A stretch of DNA of 64,000 nt, from the NCBI GenBank assembly GCA_007376725.1, contig VMGT01000003.1, positions 4,470 through 68,469 on the forward strand. The letters are read 5' to 3'. The stretch is from Parcubacteria group bacterium Greene1014_15 (GTDB lineage: Bacteria; Patescibacteriota; Minisyncoccia; Phycocordibacterales; VMGT01). Both the position numbers and the translations under genes were made by a program. Positions 45,786 through 55,309 of this stretch are shown piece by piece. Under the pieces are notes generated by a model that worked only from the letters and a program-made list of their open reading frames with translations, searched no databases and was not told the origin of the DNA. Position 1 is the first letter of the stretch; the number at the start of each line of letters is the position of its first letter.

Positions 45786-45861
45786 CCCGAAGCAATCCAG
45801 AGTATAATGGCAGAATCCTAGATTGCTTCGGGCTCCGCATAGCAATGACGGAAAAAATATT
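45786..45861. repeat. family D long hairpin element (30-bp perfect arms)
   Basis: CGTCATTGCTATGCGGAGCCCGAAGCAATC-loop(22)-GATTGCTTCGGGCTCCGCATAGCAATGACG. The loop contains TATAAT. Confidence 0.8.
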
Positions 45862-45935
45862 CATATTGCGTAAGGTGAGTTACGATGCCTAAATCTGCCT
45901 GTAGTATACCGTGCAAACAGAATGGATGGCTATGC

Positions 45936-45965
45936 ATTGATAGATGTCATAAAAGAGGGATATAA
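45936..45965 (+). promoter_or_regulatory. sigma70-like promoter TTGATA-18-TATAAT upstream of ECF sigma factor gene
   Basis: Hexamers read directly from the sequence. The start codon follows about 12 nt later. Confidence 0.35.
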
Positions 45966-45977
45966 TCGTTACACTAT

Positions 45978-46553
45978 ATGACGCGAGAAGAGCAGAATAT
46001 GGTTCTACTGATACAGCAGGCGAGGGGTGGCGACCAGGAAGCTTTTGGCAAACTGTATGCACTATATTTCACACCTATATACCGGTATGTATATGTGCGT
46101 ATTGGCGTTAAGCATGATGTTGACGACATTACACAAACAGTTTTTCTCAAGGCATGGCAAGCGATGGCGCGCTACGAAAACCAAGGCAAACCCTTTTTGG
46201 CCTGGCTTTTTACGATTGCGCGCAATACCGTCTACGACTACAGAAAAAAGAAGCGTGACATATTATTCGATGATACACCTATACGTGATGAGTCTATCTC
46301 TCTTTCACCGCGAAACGAGGAAAAAGAACTGTACGATGAACAGATCATTCTTGTGCGCAAAGCGCTCCTTGATCTTTCTCAAGATCAACAAGATGTGATT
46401 GCCTTACGTTTTATAGAAGGTCGGTCATATCGCGAGATTTCGAGCCTCATTGAAAAATCGCAAGATGCAGTGCGCGCCATCGCGTCACGCGGTCTGCGCG
46501 AGCTACGGAAAAAAATTGGACGACGCGTTTCAGATGAACCAGAGAAGTCATGA
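45978..46553 (+). CDS. ECF (sigma-24 type) RNA polymerase sigma factor
   Basis: Region 2 (YRYVYVRIG...DDITQTVFLKAW), region 4 (DVIALRFIEGRSYREISSLIEKSQDAVRAIASRGLREL). Confidence 0.8.
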   Translation: MTREEQNMVLLIQQARGGDQEAFGKLYALYFTPIYRYVYVRIGVKHDVDDITQTVFLKAWQAMARYENQGKPFLAWLFTIARNTVYDYRKKKRDILFDDTPIRDESISLSPRNEEKELYDEQIILVRKALLDLSQDQQDVIALRFIEGRSYREISSLIEKSQDAVRAIASRGLRELRKKIGRRVSDEPEKS

Positions 46554-47392
46554 ACTACTTACATAAACACAACCCCATAGGCGATGTCGACATGATTCGC
46601 ATTCTGCAACGTTTGGATGCCGGTGCGACAGTTGTCGAAATTCTCAAAGATTTACCTGAAGAAAATCGCGAGGAAGCGCGCGAGCTTCTGTATGTCATCA
46701 TGCTCCTTGATTCTGTCCGAGAACATCTTCCAGTCCCACACGAGCATTTTGAACACATTTTGCAGCGCCTTGACGATCCGATCCCGGGGCGCATTCCTGA
46801 AAAAGTTACAAAACACACGCATGAAAAAAAAGCTTCTGCCGAGCATATCGTTTCGCCAAAGGCGCCCAAGATATTTGTCATGCCACATATTCCGACGGTA
46901 TTTCATCTACAAAAATATTTCTTTCCTCTATCGACAGCTGTTGCTGTCGTGGTTCTTCTCGTTGTGAGCAGACAGTATGTTACGTCAGAACCAATCGGCA
47001 CAGATGCTGTTCTTTTTGAATTGAGCACAGAGTATCCCCTAGACACCTTTCCCGATGATGAAGTGATTCCATCGAGTGCAGTGAGCGCGCAAGAAACGGC
47101 GTCTATACCTGCTGAAACACTTCCGCATTTTGATATATTGACAGAAGCGCCCGTAGTTCCCACCACGCTCAATGCAGACAATGCCAATGCGGATCAAAAA
47201 CATGCCCTTTCTTCGAGAGGTGTTTCTTCCACACCGCAGGCGTCACGCGGAACCCTCTTTGATGAGAGTTTGGAGACAACACTTACTCCGCTCATAAAGA
47301 ACGAGTCGTCCGATGCATATGGCGTTTTCCCCGAAGATACTTTTTCCATATACTTACAAACACTTACAGATATACCCATTGATCATTATTAA
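46550..47392 (+). CDS. putative anti-sigma factor (single-pass membrane protein cotranscribed with ECF sigma)
   Basis: 4-bp overlap with the sigma factor gene. Central TM AVAVVVLLVVS. No other motif. Confidence 0.45.
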   Translation: MNYLHKHNPIGDVDMIRILQRLDAGATVVEILKDLPEENREEARELLYVIMLLDSVREHLPVPHEHFEHILQRLDDPIPGRIPEKVTKHTHEKKASAEHIVSPKAPKIFVMPHIPTVFHLQKYFFPLSTAVAVVVLLVVSRQYVTSEPIGTDAVLFELSTEYPLDTFPDDEVIPSSAVSAQETASIPAETLPHFDILTEAPVVPTTLNADNANADQKHALSSRGVSSTPQASRGTLFDESLETTLTPLIKNESSDAYGVFPEDTFSIYLQTLTDIPIDHY

Positions 47393-47418
47393 ATTAATAA
47401 CTAACAGCCCATGAGTCT

Positions 47419-48150
47419 ATGAAAAAAAATATTGGAAAAATTTTTATATGCACAAGCGCAGTACTCCTCTTTGCAGGAATCGCGAATGCGCAAAATACCG
47501 CACCATTTTGCGAGAGGATTGTGAATCACGAGGACGCAGTTCACGCTGATTTAGATGTTGCCGCACAATCGCGCACCGAGCTTGAAAAAGAGCAAGATGA
47601 ACGTCTTGCGCTTGAAAGAGCGAGACAAGACGACTCATTTGCGGCTGCACGCCTTGATACCGATGCGCAATTTGTCAAATATGTGGAAACGCTAAGAAAT
47701 AAGGCGCGGAAAAATGTGATAAAAAATAGCGCCATCGAAGCTTTTGAAAATGCGGTCATAACTTCGCGACAAACGTTTCGTTCCGCGGTAGCTGACAGCA
47801 TTGAAAGCTTTCGAGAAAGTATAAGTGAAGTGATTGCAGCAAGGAGAGAGGGCTTTGGGAAAGCTGAGAAAAACCGTCGGGCGCAATTTGACGCTGCCCT
47901 CGAAGTAGCAAAAAATTCCTGCTTGAGGGAAAATGACGCATCGGTCACAGCTGCGGACGACACACTCAAGACAACGCTTCGCGGCATTCGTGACGGTTTT
48001 CGCAGCGAGCAGGCTGCTGTCGAAGACACGGCGCGCGCAGACCACCACCAAGCAATAGAAACTCGTAAAAATGCTTTGGGCGCTGCGCGTGAGGCGAGAA
48101 AGCGGGCAGTGGAAAAAGCAGTTGAACTACTCCGTGCCGCATGGAAATAG
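47419..48150 (+). CDS. secreted coiled-coil protein of unknown function
   Basis: Signal peptide MKKNIGKIFICTSAVLLFAGIANAQ. Ala, Glu and Arg-rich helical composition. Confidence 0.45.
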   Translation: MKKNIGKIFICTSAVLLFAGIANAQNTAPFCERIVNHEDAVHADLDVAAQSRTELEKEQDERLALERARQDDSFAAARLDTDAQFVKYVETLRNKARKNVIKNSAIEAFENAVITSRQTFRSAVADSIESFRESISEVIAARREGFGKAEKNRRAQFDAALEVAKNSCLRENDASVTAADDTLKTTLRGIRDGFRSEQAAVEDTARADHHQAIETRKNALGAAREARKRAVEKAVELLRAAWK

Positions 48151-48168
48151 AAATGCTATAGTATCGGT

Positions 48169-49146
48169 ATGAGGTTTTTTCATACGCTTGTTTTTCATTT
48201 CAACATAGCTGCTCAATGCAGGCATCTTGGCGTTCCGCTCTGGTCGTGTCCGCCATTTCTTTTTTTGGTATTTGGCATTATAAACATTGCGGCCATACTT
48301 TCTACATACTATCTTGCACAGCGGTATGCGAGCCCTGAAGTTATCATCCTTTCCGTTGTTCTTCTGTCAATGTTTCTTCTTGTGGTATCGTTTATAATTA
48401 TGCGAGCTTTCGAGCAGGTTGTTGCCGCTCGCCAAAAGGAATCCGCCAGACACCGGGAAATGCTCGCCATAAAAGATCAGTTTGTTTTTGTCGCAGCTCA
48501 TGAACTGCGCACGCCCGCCAATGCAATTAAGTGGGCGCTCGAATCGCTTGAGATAAAAAAATCACCGTGGATTGAAAAGGAGAAGGAGGTATTCGATGCT
48601 CTTTCGATAAGCAGCGCTCGGCTCCTCGATCTCGTCAAAGATCTTCTTGAAGTTGCTCGCATTGAAACAGGAGCAATCACGCTTCATTTCGAAACAGTCT
48701 CCATAGAGAGCGTACTCAAGGAATTGCTGTCATCACTTGCCGCATATGCCGCTAAGCTCAACATCTCTATTATAAACAACATACATGACGACGCCCTGCA
48801 GGTTTTTGCCGACAAGGTGCGATTCAAGGAAATTCTCGATAATTTGATTGCAAATGCAATCAAATACAACCGTGAAAAAGGAACAGTTTTCATTTCCGCA
48901 GAACGCGAAGCTGGCGGCGTAACACTCCATATTCGCGATGAAGGACAAGGAATAGCAACCGGGGACCAGGTTCACATCTTTGAAAAATTCTGGCGGTCCG
49001 TAGATGCTCACAAAATCGAAGGCACTGGCCTTGGGCTTTTTATTGCTCGCCAGCTCGTGCTTTCTATGCACGGTAAAATATCATTCACAACTGAACAAGG
49101 TATTGGAACGATATTTTCTGTCTATCTTCCATCAACACATACATAG
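48169..49146 (+). CDS. membrane-bound sensor histidine kinase
   Basis: Two N-terminal TMs. H-box VAAHELRTPANAIKWA. LIANAIKYN, DEGQGIA and GTGLGLFIARQLV. Confidence 0.8.
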   Translation: MRFFHTLVFHFNIAAQCRHLGVPLWSCPPFLFLVFGIINIAAILSTYYLAQRYASPEVIILSVVLLSMFLLVVSFIIMRAFEQVVAARQKESARHREMLAIKDQFVFVAAHELRTPANAIKWALESLEIKKSPWIEKEKEVFDALSISSARLLDLVKDLLEVARIETGAITLHFETVSIESVLKELLSSLAAYAAKLNISIINNIHDDALQVFADKVRFKEILDNLIANAIKYNREKGTVFISAEREAGGVTLHIRDEGQGIATGDQVHIFEKFWRSVDAHKIEGTGLGLFIARQLVLSMHGKISFTTEQGIGTIFSVYLPSTHT

Positions 49147-49205
49147 AAAAGCATCCATCGCTGTTTCGACAATGAATGCGCGATTTCATGTGATGCAGTA
49201 ACCCC

Positions 49206-49395
49206 TCACAGCTATGAATAAATCCCTCCCACCCTCCCTTTCAAAAAGGGAGGAGTTCACATCCCTCCCACCCTCCCTTTCAAAAAGGGAGGAGTTCACA
49301 TCCCTCCCACCCTCCCTTTCAAAAAGGGAGGAGAGGCGTTCCACTTCCCCCTTTACTAAAGGGGGAATGAGGGGGATTTTCCAAAGGTGTGCGGG
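49206..49395. repeat. family A repeat array (three perfect tandem 39-bp A modules plus a B module)
   Basis: TCACAGCTATGAATAAATCCC end. Three copies of TCCCACCCTCCCTTTCAAAAAGGGAGGAGTTCACATCCC. B module ...CTTCCCCCTTTACTAAAGGGGGAATGAGGGGGATTTTCCAAAGGTGTG. Confidence 0.85.
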
Positions 49396-49500
49396 GTTAC
49401 AGAATGCACCCACCCTTGACTAAATTAAATGCTTATGCCACTCTATGTCGAGTAGATGTGACCTTTTTTCACTCACCTATACCCAACACGGAGGTGTTCG

Positions 49501-50307
49501 ATGCGTACAAACGAGTTTGGAAAATTCAGTTTAGCGGTGTTTTTCGGTGCGTCTGTAGGAGCGATCGTCGGCAGTACCTTACATTTCAACTCTTTACTCG
49601 GTGCTCTGCTCGGCGCGGCGCTTGCCTTTGTTCTCGCCTATGGCACGAGAGCGGTAATGGATTGGCAAACCACAAAATATTGGGTGGTGTTGGCTTGGAA
49701 AAGAACCTTTGGCAAGAAAAACCTCCTTGCTGTTATGTTTAAAGGAGCATGTTGGGGCATTGTTGCCGGAAGTGTGATTGGGGCTTTTTTGCTTGTCGTG
49801 GTCTACCTCCTTGGGATGTTATACCTCGCGACAATGTTCTTCGATATAACAGTAATGCTAAACTATGTTGCTATCAAAAACATGGTTGTCGTTTCTCTTT
49901 TGATGCCTGTTGCGTTTAGTATCGCTATGACCATTCTTGTATGCGTTATTCCAGACACTGGTCATCTGGATACAAAAAAAACACTGAAAACGGCCCTCAC
50001 ATACAACATAGTATCGCTTCACTTTCTTGGAGCATATTATATCTTGTATTACACGTGGCATGGGCTGCGGAACTTCATCCCGGGCGTCAAGCAGATTTGG
50101 GCATTCATGATTCTCGCCCTTCGCTATATCCACGAGAAAGAATACACCGCCTGCGGCACATGGGCGGCTGCGCTCTCACTTGTCGCGAGATTCGCAGCGC
50201 AAGGCGATATCATCACAACACTCGCCGTTGCTTTTTCTGGCGCGATGTTGGGCTATTTTGTGCGCATGTTTCTCCTTGCGGTTATATCGAAACGTGTGGT
50301 GTGCTAA
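49501..50307 (+). CDS. polytopic membrane protein of unknown function
   Basis: GGAGGT RBS 6 nt upstream. About 7 hydrophobic helices. Confidence 0.5.
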   Translation: MRTNEFGKFSLAVFFGASVGAIVGSTLHFNSLLGALLGAALAFVLAYGTRAVMDWQTTKYWVVLAWKRTFGKKNLLAVMFKGACWGIVAGSVIGAFLLVVVYLLGMLYLATMFFDITVMLNYVAIKNMVVVSLLMPVAFSIAMTILVCVIPDTGHLDTKKTLKTALTYNIVSLHFLGAYYILYYTWHGLRNFIPGVKQIWAFMILALRYIHEKEYTACGTWAAALSLVARFAAQGDIITTLAVAFSGAMLGYFVRMFLLAVISKRVVC

Positions 50308-50397
50308 TAGTCTACCGGGAACAGAGCACATCTTATTGAATTTTTAACAAGTATGACAAACGACGGGCGCCGCATAAGCGCCCGTCTTCTCTTTTTG

Positions 50398-50486
50398 TTG
50401 TCATTGCGAGCCCCAAGGGGGCGCGGCAATCCAGTTCTTATACAGTATTCACACTGGATTGCTTCGGGCTTCGCTCTCGCAATGAC
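50398..50486. repeat. family D hairpin element (degenerate copy)
   Basis: GTCATTGCGAG...GGCAATCCA-loop-TGGATTGCTTCGGGCTTCGCTCTCGCAATGAC. The ends pair and the interior is asymmetric. Confidence 0.65.
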
Positions 50487-50595
50487 GCTTGCAAAGGCGT
50501 TTCGTAATTCAAAGTACAGTGCTTGACATTTTTCCAGTAATTCGCAAGCTAAGAGATAGAAGTACCCAAAAGTTCGTTGATAGGAGTAGTGTGTA

Positions 50596-52536
50596 ATGAA
50601 TACCATAAAGTATATAGGATTCTGTATTGCCTTGGTTCTATTTCTAGGCACCGTGAAAACGAGTCATTCGTTTAACATGCTTATCATGCCACAAAACGAA
50701 TGCGGGACCACACATGTTGGACCGCAAGATCTCGTTGACGTAACAGGATTTCCAATGAAAGCGGAAGGGGTACGCAATATTCGTCTCGATACGACAACCA
50801 TTCTTCTGCGTTCAACTCTTGATCTTCCACAAATGCCCGAATGGCTGCCCGAAGTCTGGGCAAAAAGCGGCATCGTAATTTCAACCCTCCGTATCCGCAA
50901 CGAAACGCATCAAAAAAATAAAATGGCCACGGAGCTCCAAACATTTCTTGTCATAGAGTGGAGTGAGCCCATGACCGTTTGTGACATTCTCACGGGATGG
51001 GAAGCATGGACACTTCGTCAGATAGAGAAACCAACTGTCTTATTTGGAGAAGCCTTGCTTGTCTTCATCCATCGTGGTGAGCGCAAAATTCTCCGCGACT
51101 ATCTATTGGTCACCCTGGTTCCCGGCGTGCATCCTGACACTTTTGTGCGCGAGGTACTTACTCCACTCGAAAGAGAGAACCTGAAGTTTTACCAGGGAAT
51201 TTCTCTGCCTGACCAAACTGAAGGCATTTGGAAAATGATACTGCGCGCCAAAGAAACACTGTTTCCTTTGCGTGCCGCTCGAATTCTCTCCGGCCATCGG
51301 CAGTTCGTTTCGAGCGTCTCCCCGATATTTATTCCGTACGTCTCAACTATCAACACGAAAAGCTTCATGGAGCGCATTGGAAACGACCGCTCGTCTATAC
51401 GTTTTCATGATGGGGAAACGATTTACAGCGAACAGGCTTCATATGATGCTACGCTCCAACTTTCGATTACCGTTGATTTGTTGCGAAACGAAAGCGGCAA
51501 GCCGTATTTCAAACTTCTCACCAATGCTTCCGAGCTTGCAAAAAATATTGAAGAAGCGATTGTGCCAAAAACAGAGGGCGTTCTTCGAATCGATCCGTCA
51601 GCATGCTGGGAGTATCGCTCCGATGACAGCGCTCTACAAACCGTCCAAGTATTTTTTGCTTGTCGTTTTGTACCATCGCTTCCGGGCCGTTTCGAAATTG
51701 GTTCGCTGCCACTGCGTTTTGAGATTGAAACAGGCGGGATGCCATTTACGATGCATACCGAAAGAAGCTTTGTTCTTAACACGGTCGAGCTTCGTCATCC
51801 CGAGCAAGATGGCATTGTGAGTTTTATTGGGACGTTTTCCGCTCCGCAACAGAAAATAGCTGCACGAGACACAGAGGAAACAGAAGCCGACCGTGGGCCA
51901 ATCGCAACGCACATGCGTCAAAAAATAGGCGGCACGATCAAATTGATCATGAAAGCTGTCTATGAAGGCGCTACGAGTTTTATTCACGCGCCCGGAGCAT
52001 TTCTACGAGAGCGCGAGTTGTTCATCGTTATGACGTTGGGAGCGGTCTCTCTCTGTGCCTTTCTTGTACGCACGTATCTGTGGGGTTGGGGAATTTTTCC
52101 ATCCTTGCTTGAGACATGCAAATTAGGAGCTACCTTTGTTGTACGTCTCGTGGTCTACGCTTCAATACCGCTCATGATGGATCGAGACCCTTCGCGGGCT
52201 CTGCGAAAAGTGATTGCGATTATTCACAAAGGAGAGAATATAGAAAATATGAGTATTGAATCGCTTGCGCTGCGCAGTGGGATCAACCTCGATCTCGATC
52301 AGCAAGCATTTTATGACTGGGTCAAGCTTGCACCACGGAGTAAGTTGGAATCCGTTTTCGCGGCTCTCTGGATCGAAGAACACAGCAGTATATGGAAATT
52401 GCCCCTCAACACCGTGCATGCGTACCATGCGCATATCCTGCGACCGTTCTCACTTCGACACTTTCTTGCATTGCCGAAATACCTTCATGCCGCAACGCTT
52501 GAGTATGAGAAACGGGAAGGCTTCACATGCAGCTAG
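50596..52536 (+). CDS. large exported protein, possibly BatD-like (first gene of Bat-like cluster)
   Basis: Signal peptide. C-proximal TM (LFIVMTLGAVSLCAFLVRTYLWGW). Its position precedes the vWA, MoxR and DUF58 genes. No catalytic motif. Confidence 0.4.
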   Translation: MNTIKYIGFCIALVLFLGTVKTSHSFNMLIMPQNECGTTHVGPQDLVDVTGFPMKAEGVRNIRLDTTTILLRSTLDLPQMPEWLPEVWAKSGIVISTLRIRNETHQKNKMATELQTFLVIEWSEPMTVCDILTGWEAWTLRQIEKPTVLFGEALLVFIHRGERKILRDYLLVTLVPGVHPDTFVREVLTPLERENLKFYQGISLPDQTEGIWKMILRAKETLFPLRAARILSGHRQFVSSVSPIFIPYVSTINTKSFMERIGNDRSSIRFHDGETIYSEQASYDATLQLSITVDLLRNESGKPYFKLLTNASELAKNIEEAIVPKTEGVLRIDPSACWEYRSDDSALQTVQVFFACRFVPSLPGRFEIGSLPLRFEIETGGMPFTMHTERSFVLNTVELRHPEQDGIVSFIGTFSAPQQKIAARDTEETEADRGPIATHMRQKIGGTIKLIMKAVYEGATSFIHAPGAFLRERELFIVMTLGAVSLCAFLVRTYLWGWGIFPSLLETCKLGATFVVRLVVYASIPLMMDRDPSRALRKVIAIIHKGENIENMSIESLALRSGINLDLDQQAFYDWVKLAPRSKLESVFAALWIEEHSSIWKLPLNTVHAYHAHILRPFSLRHFLALPKYLHAATLEYEKREGFTCS

Positions 52537-53735
52537 CAAACTTGTTCGCTCTCGTATTTGAACATCTGTACTATCTGCATGATGTTACTCTCTTTACGTG
52601 GCTTCGACCAAATGCGTTTTTTCTTCTGGTTCTCATCCCATTGCTCGCCACGAGAACGCTCCGTGCACGAGATGTTCTTCATCACGGAGCATCGTGGCTC
52701 TTTAAGCAGCCGCTTCGGTATCGCGTAGGAGAGGCGCTTTTTCGACAAGGAAGTTATGCGTGTGCGATCGCAGTTCTTGTTCTGCTCGTTGTTTCGCTTG
52801 CCGGGCCGGTTATCAAAAAAAATCGGCCCAAGCCAAACCAGAATCGGCCTGCGCTTGTGTATATTGTTGATGTATCTGGTTCAATGAACGGAATCTTCGC
52901 ACAGCGTTTGACAACATTCCTCACAGAATTTGTCAAGGTTGCCGATGGGTTACGTGGTGAAAAGCGTATCGGTGTGGGTCTCTATTACTTTTCCTCACAC
53001 CCGCTTCTCAATGTTGCGCCGACCGCTACCTACAGAATGCTCCTTAGTGTTGTTAAGCGTTTCAACACGGGCAGTTATGGAGCAGGCATGGGCACAGAAC
53101 CTTCACCTTCGCTCTGGGTCGCTCTCCTTGATCTCGCACGCATGAGCGATCCAGATCTTGCGGTAAAACTCCAACACATGAGAAAAACCGGTTTATTTTC
53201 CTGCATTGAGCAGCGGGGCACAGAGGACAGTCCGCAAGCATTTGCTCGGCTCATTGTGCAAACGTATAACGTTGATGTGCTCAATTCGCTCCGAAAGTCA
53301 ATGCTCGGCAAACGTATGGCCATCGGAACTGACACAGACTTCGATCTCACTTCGAGAGGGGATATCTGTATCACGAGGCTTTTCAATTTTGCCGCCGCTA
53401 TTAACTTGCCGATTGACATCGTTTCCACGAATCCAATGTCGGGCACAGTCGCGCTCAATTTTCCGCGACTTATCAGGGGGACCAAAGGAAACTTCTATCT
53501 TTTGAGCGATTCCTTCAGCAATCCTGATAGAGTGCTTACCGAGGAAGAAAAAAGAAAAATAGATCAGGCGGTGCATTCTGTCTATACATCACTCACCACA
53601 AATACGGCATGGCGGGAGGAACAGTCACACACAACTCTTGACACAACCCCACAGCGTGCACTTCTCGCTCTTGCATGCATCCTCGCATTCGTTTGGATGC
53701 TGCTCCGCGCCGTCCGTCCCATTATGGGGTGGTAG
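52527..53735 (+). CDS. vWA-domain membrane protein (BatA-like)
   Basis: N-terminal TMs. MIDAS motif VDVSGSMNG. C-terminal TM. Confidence 0.65.
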   Translation: MQLANLFALVFEHLYYLHDVTLFTWLRPNAFFLLVLIPLLATRTLRARDVLHHGASWLFKQPLRYRVGEALFRQGSYACAIAVLVLLVVSLAGPVIKKNRPKPNQNRPALVYIVDVSGSMNGIFAQRLTTFLTEFVKVADGLRGEKRIGVGLYYFSSHPLLNVAPTATYRMLLSVVKRFNTGSYGAGMGTEPSPSLWVALLDLARMSDPDLAVKLQHMRKTGLFSCIEQRGTEDSPQAFARLIVQTYNVDVLNSLRKSMLGKRMAIGTDTDFDLTSRGDICITRLFNFAAAINLPIDIVSTNPMSGTVALNFPRLIRGTKGNFYLLSDSFSNPDRVLTEEEKRKIDQAVHSVYTSLTTNTAWREEQSHTTLDTTPQRALLALACILAFVWMLLRAVRPIMGW

Positions 53736-53763
53736 AGAATATGCACACATGCGCCACATACTG

Positions 53764-53795
53764 CCGCAGATACTTTTGTATCTGCGGCAATTTTG
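53764..53795 (+). terminator. intrinsic terminator
   Basis: CCGCAGATAC-tttt-GTATCTGCGG followed by CAATTTTGT. Confidence 0.65.
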
Positions 53796-53802
53796 TACCT
53801 GC

Positions 53803-53936
53803 TCACGCTCCTCAAAATCCCTCCCACCCTCCCTTTCAAAAAGGGAGGAGTTCACATCCCTCCCACCCTCCCTTTCAAAAAGGGAGGAGCTTCCCCTGGT
53901 TTCCCCCTTTTGCAAAGGGGGAGAAAGGGGGATTTA
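53803..53936. repeat. family A repeat array (two A modules plus a B-like module)
   Basis: CACGCTCCTCAAAATCCC end. Two copies of TCCCACCCTCCCTTTCAAAAAGGGAGGAG. B-like module TTTCCCCCTTTTGCAAAGGGGGAGAAAGGGGGATTT. Confidence 0.8.
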
Positions 53937-54026
53937 GAAGAGCCCTATTGAAGAGTGACAGTGTACGCAATTTTTAGTTGACATAATTTAAAAAAACTTT
54001 TATAAATACAGCAGACGTACTTCAAA

Positions 54027-55070
54027 TTGCATCGAAGGAAAAACAGCATGAAAAAGCTCATTACATGGGTTTGCATTATTTCCCTTATACTTCTCGTGCT
54101 ATTTTATGTCGTTTCTGCAAGCAGTGCAGCAGAAAACAGTGATACAGAAATACAGCAAGCAGCAAGGGCAGAAGCATATGCAGTAATCGATCGAGCACGC
54201 GACATGGTGACAAACCAAGAAAATGGGCTTGAAGCGCTTGTGCGCAGTGGAACTAGCCTGCTTGGAAAAGGAGCCGCCTGGGAACCGCTTGCGCGCAAAA
54301 AACTGCATTCTGCTGCTCTGCTCGCCGGTGAAATAGAAAAGATGCTTGCGCCCTATCTTCCGCCACAAGGTACGAGCGCATTGCGCTATATTAATCTCGG
54401 CATTGGCGACCGCGTCATTCAAAAAGCCGAATGGGCACCCTATGAGAACAATTGGAGCGACAAGCTTCCTACCCAAAAAATCAACACAAAGGGAAATATT
54501 GTTGCAGGACCGCGGCCGCACGAGGGAAAATTATTCTGGCAGATCCGTTTCTTTGATGAATTGCTGGGATGGCTGCCAGAGAACATACTCGCAAAAGAAT
54601 TTCCTCATCAAACTATTATTACCGCGACTGCATGTTGGATACACGGTAATGTGCTCACCTATAAAATGGTCGCGTCATTGCGTTCATATCAAGAAAGTGA
54701 GCCTCTCGGGGAACGTTACGCCGTCGTGAAAGATATGCTTGCTTCGATTATTGCCGCGTATGAATGCGCGCTCGCAACATTTGCGCATCCTGACAGCATA
54801 GAAACAATCGGGGTGCGTGAAGCTGCAAGATATCGTGAAATTATCAAAAAAAATTTCCCGATTATGCAAGAACAACAGAAGCAGGCTCAAAAGCAATCTT
54901 CTGAAAACCGTGTTGGTGCCTCGGAAGAAAGCAGTATGATAAAAGCGATTCTTGGAGACGAGGCGGCGCGAGAAAAGAAAAGTCAACAACGCATGATGGT
55001 ACCGCCACCAGATCGCGAAAGTGATCCAAATCGCAAATTCACGCCAGGTGTTCCGATTGGTATCCACTAG
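54027..55070 (+). CDS. secreted protein of unknown function within Bat-like cluster
   Basis: Signal peptide MKKLITWVCIISLILLVLFYVVSASSAAE (probable start at the internal Met, about 54048). The stop codon lies inside the terminal inverted repeat of the downstream element. Confidence 0.5.
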   Translation: MHRRKNSMKKLITWVCIISLILLVLFYVVSASSAAENSDTEIQQAARAEAYAVIDRARDMVTNQENGLEALVRSGTSLLGKGAAWEPLARKKLHSAALLAGEIEKMLAPYLPPQGTSALRYINLGIGDRVIQKAEWAPYENNWSDKLPTQKINTKGNIVAGPRPHEGKLFWQIRFFDELLGWLPENILAKEFPHQTIITATACWIHGNVLTYKMVASLRSYQESEPLGERYAVVKDMLASIIAAYECALATFAHPDSIETIGVREAARYREIIKKNFPIMQEQQKQAQKQSSENRVGASEESSMIKAILGDEAAREKKSQQRMMVPPPDRESDPNRKFTPGVPIGIH

Positions 55071-55230
55071 TACCTCATTAACCTAATTTTTTCGGCCAAA
55101 ATCTCTCAATTTCGGCTACGACTTGTCAAAAATTTCTTGAAATATCTCGATATTCCTCGGATTTTTTGACTTCGTCTCGCGCGAAATTGAAAAATTTTCA
55201 TCCGAAAAAATTAAATTAACGAGGTACTAG
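55067..55230. repeat. approximately 165-bp element bounded by 26-bp imperfect terminal inverted repeats
   Basis: CTAGTACCTCATTAACCTAATTTTTT ... AAAAAATTAAATTAACGAGGTACTAG. Interior contains TTGTCA and TTGACT promoter-like hexamers. Confidence 0.65.
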
Positions 55231-55309
55231 CTTCCGGTTCGCACAACCACGCCACCGATTCGAAAAAAACGATTCGGTGGCATACCTTTGAAAGCAAGGA
55301 AGATGCTTC

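Noticed and set aside
49206-49395. Tandem 39-bp repeats with internal hairpins, superficially CRISPR-like (also at 6551, 22789 and 53803).
   Set aside because: The units are directly adjacent with no unique spacers. The same composite element recurs in both orientations with conserved outer ends, and no cas genes are present. It is interpreted as a REP or MITE-like family.
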